From: Candidatus Moraniibacteriota bacterium | Lineage (GTDB): Bacteria > Patescibacteriota > Minisyncoccia > Moranbacterales > UBA11712 | Direction: 5' to 3' | Length of the DNA stretch: 61,799 nt | NCBI GenBank assembly: GCA_028716005.1 | Contig: JAQUQQ010000001.1 | Location: 1 to 61,799 of the forward strand | In this document: positions 17,801-24,479 of the stretch, one piece after another | How positions within the stretch are numbered: position 1 is the stretch's first letter | Layout of the letters: each line of letters begins with the position of its first letter | The notes under the pieces: model-generated | The model's database searches: none | Seen by the model: only the letters and a program-made list of their open reading frames with translations | Told to the model about the DNA's origin: nothing | Position numbers and translations under genes: made by a program

Positions 17801-17852
17801 TTTCTGGCTCTATTCCCTAATCCAAAAATTTACAAGCCATGAAGAAAGGTAA
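14829..17852 (+). CDS. large Cys-rich secreted protein with TSP3-like Ca-binding repeat and C-terminal TM anchor
   Basis: Start taken at MKTKRNKKLFSATTLFIFLFLNFVSFSPKEAEA (ATG 14829). DPTDPDTDGDGFKDEADV motif, many Cys in the first 450 aa, C-terminal LRLALTLLVMLFASFWLYSLI. The 5' 615 nt of the track ORF overlap the CPBP gene out of frame. Confidence 0.6.
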   Translation: MKTKRNKKLFSATTLFIFLFLNFVSFSPKEAEAFSCSFGVGASCTVDVAQETNTALNQVLTRTGDITGSFMGSSEERYGLTKNIWRTAQNKSSAPKAEIFFDNTNPKAGEKVTAHAMPEFFKNDPQNLYYTWYLIHTSNGTPQTATNSIESGKKEAARIMARGDYDPNLDGQYYTSSASSDPDQDGWPAIDSSYDEDKTAAPMGGSDGVGGLTEESDNIESYNTAEGYCDSKGDHTADSCNLNTDKSSFNSYYTMKSDQSGDYCAYCQANTTFSATLSSNNQCCYLVTSPDDTDYSEYNSSVSYCPSSYNATYEGCFDYSTLQSTNTSLITSCLDSQYSACEENWNTVHASSSIDNSTEARSSSGDSASYSRCFEHNFGTNADPLGYQGYSGSSDEYGSDPSGKDFRVACKHRWPNAPGYKSGSGKFPTGEEKYWKTDPTDPDTDGDGFKDEADVIGLGQQDFTWTYQPGDRVGVMVEGTSMTPTDEQNAYYKIMWGYLDVCDSTKAKLLKSDLCDDSGDYGYGFMATESPNEQGSEQLKISLSFSPDSPVADPSDENKDNISGSGSILDADQISVASSLDNTQFDPNVLYYNWQIQRGDPKNDDWGDALNINDNFDTASKPSGMGITAFSFTPKKKALTSSSDDVVYFKVTATVAQASGVESSRGRSSVIVPINKNGVKVDLYKVDISGGKATLGEKICTEGLYAALCPAVKGQMLAAKISGNRYNTTNSEFAWQTNGNPLNPPTNVSDYFDGWSNTAVFFPITKQEQQLEEVSVTLTPKDKLEPVKSSRLVTVVEPVALIRSSDESTAWPKTITEKIGSTKDSFQNVSNLSMLETYPGSEVSLYLDYVPYYLLKDDENTIVDWQFGGMSLSDESFNGTYGDLNVLTTGGNDLSFTAPASVGAYQNISVNLKKYWSEDEANIMFNTWDIVPRPLESDRSMTITTATAPVDNTISSAKPTQLLAAIGTHLPHYLMYNLRLALTLLVMLFASFWLYSLIQKFTSHEER

Positions 17853-18219
17853 AAAAATATTTCTCCATGTCGCTGTTTTTCTGTGCATTATTGTTCTTTT
17901 CGGCTCTTCGGCTTTAGCCCAATATACGAATCAGGAAAAAATTCCGGGAGCTTCCCAACAGCAGTCGGAATTTGTTCCCTATGTCAAAGACATCATCGGT
18001 TTCGGCTACGCGACGATCGGGATTCTGGCTATGTTCATGCTTTGCATCGGCGCCTATCAGTATCTCATGGCCGCCGGAAACATCGGCAAAGTGGAAAGCG
18101 CCCGAAATACGATCGGCTCGGCCATTTTCGGCCTCGTCCTCGGCCTTCTTTCCTGGATAATCCTTTCCAAAATCCATCCGGATCTCGTGGCTTTCAAAGC
18201 CATCTCGGGGGGGAAATAA
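17839..18219 (+). CDS. TrbC/VirB2-like T4SS pilin
   Basis: 126 aa. Signal peptide, then two TM helices: ..IIGFGYATIGILAMFMLCIGAYQYLMAAGN..ARNTIGSAIFGLVLGLLSWIIL.., a typical VirB2-like hairpin. Confidence 0.6.
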   Translation: MKKGKKIFLHVAVFLCIIVLFGSSALAQYTNQEKIPGASQQQSEFVPYVKDIIGFGYATIGILAMFMLCIGAYQYLMAAGNIGKVESARNTIGSAIFGLVLGLLSWIILSKIHPDLVAFKAISGGK

Positions 18220-18254
18220 GAAAAGCCTCGCAAAAATTTCGCAGCACAAGAAAA

Positions 18255-19157
18255 ATGAAAAACAAAAAAACAATTTTCCTGGCAGCCGCTATTTTTTTTA
18301 TCAGTATTTTTATTCTCCGGCCGGTTTTTTCCGCGGAAGTCAATCTTTATTCCAACCAGCAGATGATTCCCGGCGCGACTTCCCGAACTTGCGACGTGTC
18401 AACTTATATCCAACAGATTATTGGCTTTGGCTATGCCACCATCGGCATCCTCACCATGTTCATGCTCGGCATTGGTGCTTTCCAGTATATTATGTCCATC
18501 GGGAACACGGCTAGGATGACCAGCGCTAAAAATACCGTCAACTACGCGATCCTCGGACTTGTCCTGGGACTGCTTTCCTGGATCATTCTCTACACGATCA
18601 ATCCCAATCTCGTGAAAGTCAGCCTCGGAGAAACGGTCCCGTGCACGATTCAATGGGGAAGCACCGGGACAGGAACAACCATAACCGGGACCACGACTGG
18701 AAAATATGATGCCATCTCTCTCAAGAACTCAATCAGAGACAGGATAAATTCCTACAATGACATAATCAAAGAAGCTTCTGAAAAGTACGGGGTGCCGGAA
18801 TATATGATAAAAGCCGTTATCTATCAGGAAAGTAGGGGAGTTTATGACGCCACTGGCCCCATGACAAAATATGGGCAAGCTGTGGGCCTAATGCAACTGA
18901 TACCAAGCACGGCTAGCGGACTTGGTGTTGCGAACAGCAAGGATCCCTATCAGAATATCATGGGAGGAACCAAGTATCTTAGCCAACTCTATAACAATGA
19001 AAAATACGGAAATAAAAATTGGGAAAGAACTCTAATCGCCTATAACTGGGGAGAGGGAAATCTAACAAAAAAATATGACAACGGATCTGCTCTTCCGGCT
19101 GAAACAGCCAAATATGTTCCGAGTGTTTTAGGGCTGGCGGAGTCGTTCAAAAAATAA
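18255..19157 (+). CDS. VirB2-like pilin fused to an SLT-type lytic transglycosylase (VirB1-like) domain
   Basis: Start at MKNKKTIFLAAAIFF (ATG 18255). The N-terminal half is paralogous to 17839..18219 (IIGFGYATIGILTMFMLGIGAFQYIMSIGN). The C-terminal half has VIYQESRG, GLMQL and AYNWG, the SLT motifs. Confidence 0.7.
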   Translation: MKNKKTIFLAAAIFFISIFILRPVFSAEVNLYSNQQMIPGATSRTCDVSTYIQQIIGFGYATIGILTMFMLGIGAFQYIMSIGNTARMTSAKNTVNYAILGLVLGLLSWIILYTINPNLVKVSLGETVPCTIQWGSTGTGTTITGTTTGKYDAISLKNSIRDRINSYNDIIKEASEKYGVPEYMIKAVIYQESRGVYDATGPMTKYGQAVGLMQLIPSTASGLGVANSKDPYQNIMGGTKYLSQLYNNEKYGNKNWERTLIAYNWGEGNLTKKYDNGSALPAETAKYVPSVLGLAESFKK

Positions 19158-19226
19158 TGATTCTCACTGACAAGTATTTTTTCATATTTTTTCAGAGTTA
19201 TAAATGAAAATTATATTGTAAACATA

Positions 19227-19772
19227 ATGAATGCCGTATCAAAAAAAATAGTTCTCTTTATTTCCTTAGCAATTTTTGCCATCTTGCTGGCCTCGATTTT
19301 TTTCATTTCAAAAAAGAATCAATCCGTCCCCGAAGAGCAAAAGATTCCAGAAGAAACCGACCAACCTATCCCGCTCCCGCCTCCTTCAATTTCCTCAGAA
19401 TTGGAGAAGAAAAAACAGGAAAACAAATATCAGCCCTACAAACAGGAACAATATTCCTATGGCCTTCTGAAAAACAGTCCGAATATCATCGGCCAGGCCA
19501 AAGAATTGATGAATGATTTTTCAATCGACAAAATGGCGGTATCGACTCCAGTGGTGGACATGAAGCTGGATGACGGCCGGGAAGTGCTTCTCCTCTCCGG
19601 ATGCGAAGAACACAATTGCGGCGGAACGGGAATCATCATTGCCTACGACAAAGCCGCGAACAAGGTATATCTTCTCACGGAAGAAACCGGCTCGAGCGAG
19701 GAATACAAAATTTTGGGTAACCCAGACGATGAAATAAAAAATTTGCTGATAGATTATTACAAAAACGGATAA
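19227..19772 (+). CDS. membrane-anchored hypothetical protein
   Basis: 181 aa with one N-terminal TM segment. No recognised motif. Confidence 0.45.
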   Translation: MNAVSKKIVLFISLAIFAILLASIFFISKKNQSVPEEQKIPEETDQPIPLPPPSISSELEKKKQENKYQPYKQEQYSYGLLKNSPNIIGQAKELMNDFSIDKMAVSTPVVDMKLDDGREVLLLSGCEEHNCGGTGIIIAYDKAANKVYLLTEETGSSEEYKILGNPDDEIKNLLIDYYKNG

Positions 19773-19793
19773 CCCGCGAGATCTCGCACTCCA

Positions 19794-20960
19794 ATGACCA
19801 AAAAAATATTCGCCATTTCAACTTTGCTTCTCGTGCTCGTTATTGGAGCTATTTTTGCCTACAATTTTCTTTTCAAAGCGCCGGCTGCCCAAAAAAACAG
19901 CGCCGATACGGCCAAAACCGCGGATGAAGGAAAGCTGGGCGGAACAGATTCCTCGGGAAAAACAGCCGGAACAAGCGCCTCCGTCAAGGCCGTCTCAGAC
20001 GAGCCGGTTTTTGGCGCGACTCTTTCGCCGGATGGAAGCTATCTCTACGCTTTTCTTTCCGGAAACGGGCAGCTCAACCAGTTCGACTTGAACGGAAAAC
20101 TGGACAAGATCCTCTCCACTGAAAAATTTGAAAACATAAAAAAAATCGTCTGGAACAAGCCGAAAAACAAAGCGATTATCAAGCTCGAGCCCAGCCCCGG
20201 CACGGTAAAATTTCTCTATTTCGACATTTCCGGGAAAAAGGTGTCTGTCCTCAAAGAAAACATTGACGCTGTTTCCTGGTCAAATTTGGGAGACAAAATC
20301 ATCTACAAACACTATGATCCAAAGACGAAAAAAAGAACGGTGAATGTCGCTGATCCGGACGGCAAGAATTGGCATGCCGTTGCCGAAACAAATTATCGCA
20401 GCGCTGAAATAGCTCCCATACCCGGTTCGTCTGATATTTCTTTTTGGCCGAGCCCCAACGCCTTCACCGCGACCTCCGCCGCTTCCGTGACTTTCGGCGG
20501 GGAAAACCAAAAAGAGCTTCTCAAAGACCGCTATGGAGTTGATCTTCTTTGGGCGCCAAGCGGTGCCCGCGCCGTTTTGAGCGCTTCCGATTCGAAAGGC
20601 GGCCACAAAATCGACCTTCTCCTTATGAACCGGCAGGGAGGCGAGGTTCAATCTCTGGTATTCCCGACTTTTGCTTCAAAATGCGTTTGGTCGTCCGATT
20701 CGAAAACTCTTTATTGCGCCGCGCCCGGAGACATTCCCGATTCGGCTATCCTTCCAAACGACTGGCAGGAAGGAAAAATCACCACTTCGGACACCTTTTG
20801 GAAAATCGACGTCGCCAGCGGCAAAAAAGAAAGGCTGGTCGACCCGGAAAAAATCGGCGGATCCTATGACGCGCTCAATCCTTTTCTCTCTCCAGATGAA
20901 AAAACCTTGTTTTTTGTGAACAAGGCGGACGGGAAGCTTTATAAGCTATCGCTAAACTAA
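19794..20960 (+). CDS. membrane-anchored protein, possibly TolB-like beta-propeller (PD40-like repeats)
   Basis: 388 aa with an N-terminal TM segment. Recurrent LSPDGSYLY / WAPSGARAV / WSSDSKTLY / LSPDEKTLFF blade-like motifs. Confidence 0.45.
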   Translation: MTKKIFAISTLLLVLVIGAIFAYNFLFKAPAAQKNSADTAKTADEGKLGGTDSSGKTAGTSASVKAVSDEPVFGATLSPDGSYLYAFLSGNGQLNQFDLNGKLDKILSTEKFENIKKIVWNKPKNKAIIKLEPSPGTVKFLYFDISGKKVSVLKENIDAVSWSNLGDKIIYKHYDPKTKKRTVNVADPDGKNWHAVAETNYRSAEIAPIPGSSDISFWPSPNAFTATSAASVTFGGENQKELLKDRYGVDLLWAPSGARAVLSASDSKGGHKIDLLLMNRQGGEVQSLVFPTFASKCVWSSDSKTLYCAAPGDIPDSAILPNDWQEGKITTSDTFWKIDVASGKKERLVDPEKIGGSYDALNPFLSPDEKTLFFVNKADGKLYKLSLN

Positions 20961-21007
20961 AAGTTTAAATATAAAATGAAAAAGGAATAGCTAAAAATTA
21001 AAAGCTT

Positions 21008-22288
21008 CTAGTTTTGCGTCGTAGTTTTTAGATTTTCGCTTTTAGATTTTTGATTGGAATTTGACGATTTATCGAGAGAGAAATCTGCGAGGTAAATATT
21101 CACCACAACCACCGTCCAAAAAACCACCGCCATATCATTTCGCCAATAGGTTGTGTCAACGAGGCCGTGAACGAGGAAATACAGGATTATCGCCAGACAC
21201 AACAAACCCGCTTCGAGATTGTGTTCGCGGGTTTTTTTGTTATCTTTGAAAAACAACCAAATGACCCAAAAAAATCCCGCAAGGCCCGCGAGGCCCGACT
21301 CAAGCCAAAAAGCGAGGTATAAATTGTGGGGCTGGGGCACCGCCCATTCAAGATAAGGCGGAAAATATTTCTGATATTTAAGATATTTGTTTTGAAAATT
21401 ACCCGGTCCTATGCCGAAGACCGGATTTTTCTCGATCATCAGCCCCGCTGATTTCCAGATCATGACGCGCGACGCCAATGAGGAACGGCTGCCAAGATTT
21501 TTTATATTTTCGAACTTCGCATAGCTTATGGCTGATATAATTGTCAAAAAAAATATTATCATCATAGCCGCATATCTTCTCCCTATTTTTTTCCTATACT
21601 TAAGCCAAAATACGACAATCAGCGCCAAGCCAATCGCAAGCCACGCCCCGTATGATTTCGTCAGATAAAGATTGAAAAGTATTAAGATCAATCCGAGCAT
21701 TATTCCCATTAATTTCCAAAGTTCGACTTTTCCCTCCCGACAACAGAGTTGTCGGGATTCCTCAAATCCAAACTTTAATATTCCGATCAGGAAAACCGGC
21801 GCGAGAAACATTGCCAGCTGGTTGGGGGAGTCAAAAAATATCCGAAGTCTCCCGTCATACGTGAGAAGCCCGGAAAGCCAAAAATATATTCCTTCGGCCG
21901 CCACAAAGACACCTGAAGCGAAAAGAGCGACAAATATCTTATTCGGCAATTTTTCGTCTTTTTTGAGATTATCAAACAAAATAACCGCGAAAATTATCGG
22001 AAAGATAAACCAGCCCTTTATCACTCCGAGGCCAACATAGTAGTTTTTATTTGCGATAACAGACAAAAGAAGGCCAGTGAAAATTAAACCGATAGGAATT
22101 GAGAATTGAGAATTGAGAATTGAGAATTTTTTTTCTTTGCCAAGAAACCATGCAAAAAAAAGTATAATTATCAAAATTTCAACCAGATTCAAGGAGGCCC
22201 AGTTGTATTCAAACTTGATAAAGTAAAAGGGCAGCAAAAATAAGGTCGACAGAATTAAAATTTGTTGCAAACGTTTCAGAAACGACAT
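21008..22288 (-). CDS. O-antigen ligase (Wzy_C)-like polytopic membrane protein
   Basis: Polytopic, with ..LTKSYGAWLAIGLALIV.. typical of the family. Start chosen at ATG 22288 (MSFLKRLQQIL); the track start at 22333 is a TTG. Confidence 0.55.
   Translation of the reverse strand: MSFLKRLQQILILSTLFLLPFYFIKFEYNWASLNLVEILIIILFFAWFLGKEKKFSILNSQFSIPIGLIFTGLLLSVIANKNYYVGLGVIKGWFIFPIIFAVILFDNLKKDEKLPNKIFVALFASGVFVAAEGIYFWLSGLLTYDGRLRIFFDSPNQLAMFLAPVFLIGILKFGFEESRQLCCREGKVELWKLMGIMLGLILILFNLYLTKSYGAWLAIGLALIVVFWLKYRKKIGRRYAAMMIIFFLTIISAISYAKFENIKNLGSRSSLASRVMIWKSAGLMIEKNPVFGIGPGNFQNKYLKYQKYFPPYLEWAVPQPHNLYLAFWLESGLAGLAGFFWVIWLFFKDNKKTREHNLEAGLLCLAIILYFLVHGLVDTTYWRNDMAVVFWTVVVVNIYLADFSLDKSSNSNQKSKSENLKTTTQN
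22096..22134. repeat. tandem heptanucleotide (GAATTGA)x4 plus a partial unit, followed by a T8 run, inside a CDS
   Basis: gaattga repeats at 22096-22102, 22103-22109, 22110-22116 and 22117-22123, then gaatttt. T-run at 22127-22134. Encodes KKFSILNSQFSI on the minus strand. Confidence 0.9.
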
Positions 22289-22329
22289 ATAGCAAAAAGT
22301 TTTTAGTTTTACGCTGTAGTTTTTCGTTT

Positions 22330-23631
22330 TCAAATTTTACTTTTTCGTTCGGCTAAAATCCGCTTTACCATTTTTGCCCTAGAGGGTTGAGCCGCGCCTA
22401 TCGCCAACAAAACCAGCAAGATCACCATCACTTGCGGCGACCAAATCGGCGTGTCGAAAAATCCGTGAACGAGAAAATATACCAGCCCCGAAGCTATCCC
22501 CAGATTCAGAAAATTTTTCGAAGCAACGTTTCGCCAAAGGCCAGCCAAAATCAAAGCGCTGAAAACAAGCCCGTTCAAAATTCCAGTCTCTGCCGATATG
22601 TCGAGAAAAGTGTTGTGGGCGTAAATTGAGGAGCGCTCTCCTGAAGCCGGGGCTATATACGAGGCATAGTTCCCCAGCCCGACCCCCGAAAGAGGATAGT
22701 CCCTTGTCACGCCAAGGGCTTGCTGCCAATTTTTTGCCCGTTCCGCGTTGGATCCTTCTTTGAGATTGAACGCTGACGCAAGCCGGCTTTGGATTGTTCC
22801 TTGAAAAAAAACGGACGCCAAAAAAAACAAAATGGCTCCTCCTGCCGCAATCTTCCCCGCGTTGCCGGACCTTATCGCCAAAACGGCGAGAAAGAACAGG
22901 CTCCCCATTATCACTCCGAGATAAGCTCCCCTTGAGAAAGAAAAGATTATTGCAAAAAACATGATAGCTATGCCAATTCCTGCCAAAATTTTCCATTTCC
23001 GTTTTTTTTCCCACGCGAAGTATCCTAATCCGACGAAAAAACACAGGCTTGTAAATATAGAAAACATATGCGGATCCGAAAAAAAGCCAAAAGCCCGCAT
23101 CCAGGTCTTGCCGGAGACATTCACCAGCCAGCTCGGATTGTCCGTGACCAATTTTCCGAAGGAGCTCCCCAAAAAAAACGGGGCTATTTTTCTCCAAGCG
23201 GCAAGCGTCGCATCAAGACCAACCAAAAAGGGAAGCGAAAATTGCCCTATTCCAACCGCGGCCGCCAGCGCTCCGCTTGCCCAAACAGCCCTGATCATTC
23301 TGACACGAAACTTTGCGTCCCGGGCAAAATCCGCTGCCGCAAAGTAAACCGGAAAAATTGAAAGCAAATACAAGATTTTTCTCGTTCCTTTCCCCGGATC
23401 AATTCCCGTCCAAAGAGAAAGCGCGGACAGAACCAAAAACGAAAGGACGAGCCAGGTTTCCGCCTTGTTCGCCGCCCAAATTTTTTTTTGGGCGAGCCCG
23501 CCCAAAAGCCAGAGCAAAAAAACAGCCGGAATCAAAACCCGGGTTGTCACCAAATCAATATTTTCACCCATGTTAAGCGCGAACTGAAACGGGAGAAGTA
23601 TGAGAATGCCTAAAAAAAGATATCTTGTCAT
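22330..23631 (-). CDS. O-antigen ligase (Wzy_C)-like polytopic membrane protein
   Basis: 433 aa and polytopic. ..FSFSRGAYLGVIMGSLFF.. and ..HNTFLDISAETG.. are typical of the family. Confidence 0.6.
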   Translation of the reverse strand: MTRYLFLGILILLPFQFALNMGENIDLVTTRVLIPAVFLLWLLGGLAQKKIWAANKAETWLVLSFLVLSALSLWTGIDPGKGTRKILYLLSIFPVYFAAADFARDAKFRVRMIRAVWASGALAAAVGIGQFSLPFLVGLDATLAAWRKIAPFFLGSSFGKLVTDNPSWLVNVSGKTWMRAFGFFSDPHMFSIFTSLCFFVGLGYFAWEKKRKWKILAGIGIAIMFFAIIFSFSRGAYLGVIMGSLFFLAVLAIRSGNAGKIAAGGAILFFLASVFFQGTIQSRLASAFNLKEGSNAERAKNWQQALGVTRDYPLSGVGLGNYASYIAPASGERSSIYAHNTFLDISAETGILNGLVFSALILAGLWRNVASKNFLNLGIASGLVYFLVHGFFDTPIWSPQVMVILLVLLAIGAAQPSRAKMVKRILAERKSKI

Positions 23632-24422
23632 CGTTTCCTACAATATACGTTCCGGACATAAAAGGGAAATCTCAATATTTTCACCAGCTCCGCCCACAAG
23701 GAACCGAAGTTTTTTCTTATGTAGTGGTCTTGGGACTGATAATAATATTTTTTCTTGACGCGATTGTCCGAAAAGCTCTGTCCGCTTTTGTGAAAAATTT
23801 TCGCCCCGGGGTGAACGATTATTTTCCACTCTTTTTTCTTGGCTTGGAGACAAAGGTCAACATCCTCAAAATACATGAAATAATTTTCGTCAAATCCACC
23901 AAGCTCTGAAAACAAATCTTTCCTTATCATCATTGCCCCGCCGCTTACCCAATCCGTCTCAAAAATATTTTCTGTCTCTGCTTTTTCTTTCCGGCGAGAG
24001 ATTTTTTCCCTAATCGTCGACAGGGGAGTTCTTTCCGCCCCATAATGATCCTCGCCAGAAATATTTTCTTTCCCGACGTGAATCGGCCCGACAATCCCCG
24101 TTCTTTCATTCGAAGAAAAAACCTCAAGCATTTTTTCGACCGTTTCCGGAAAAATTTTTGTGTCTGGGTTTAGCAACAAGATGTATTTTCCCCGAGCCCT
24201 GTCCAGGGCCAGATTATGCGCCTTCCCAAAGCCCACGTTTTCGTTTTTTTCAATCAGCTCAACGCCAAATTCTTCCGGAAATTTTTCCAGTTTGTCTTTG
24301 TCGTTGTTGATGACAACAATCTGAAGGTTTTCTTGGTCAAAAACATGTTCCCGTATCGAACGGAGGCAGGCTCGAAGATTCTCGCGGCTGTTATAATTTA
24401 CTATTTGAATCGTGAGAAGCAT
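23628..24422 (-). CDS. family 2 glycosyltransferase
   Basis: 264 aa. IVNYNSRENLRACLRSI, VVINNDKD, GFGKAHNLAL, LLLNPDT. Confidence 0.8.
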   Translation of the reverse strand: MLLTIQIVNYNSRENLRACLRSIREHVFDQENLQIVVINNDKDKLEKFPEEFGVELIEKNENVGFGKAHNLALDRARGKYILLLNPDTKIFPETVEKMLEVFSSNERTGIVGPIHVGKENISGEDHYGAERTPLSTIREKISRRKEKAETENIFETDWVSGGAMMIRKDLFSELGGFDENYFMYFEDVDLCLQAKKKEWKIIVHPGAKIFHKSGQSFSDNRVKKKYYYQSQDHYIRKNFGSLWAELVKILRFPFYVRNVYCRKR

Positions 24423-24429
24423 TGATTTT

Positions 24430-24471
24430 CCTAAAGCTAAACTTTAGGAAATCCTAAAGTTTAGCTTTAGG
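24430..24471. repeat. perfect 19-bp inverted repeat between the flippase and GT2 genes
   Basis: cctaaagctaaactttagg (24430-24448), spacer aaat, cctaaagtttagctttagg (24453-24471). Each arm is itself nearly self-complementary. Confidence 0.85.
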
Positions 24472-24479
24472 ATTCCAAG

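Noticed and set aside
17883-18254. Upstream extension of the pilin-SLT ORF (the track gives 17883..19157), overlapping the first pilin gene in another frame. Considered as a possible programmed frameshift or overlapping gene.
   Set aside because: The extension translates to Arg/His-rich nonsense (..RHHRFRLRDDRDSGYVHALHRR..). A signal-peptide-bearing start, MKNKKTIFLAAAIFF, exists at 18255 just after the first pilin's stop. The parsimonious reading is two adjacent genes.
19774-19785. 12-bp perfect palindrome gcgagatctcgc between 19227..19772 and 19794..20960, considered as another copy of the CGCGAG-containing repeat family.
   Set aside because: It shares only the CGAG core. It lacks the ACTCGCGAAT terminus and the CGAAT-unit arms, and is too short to call as an element.
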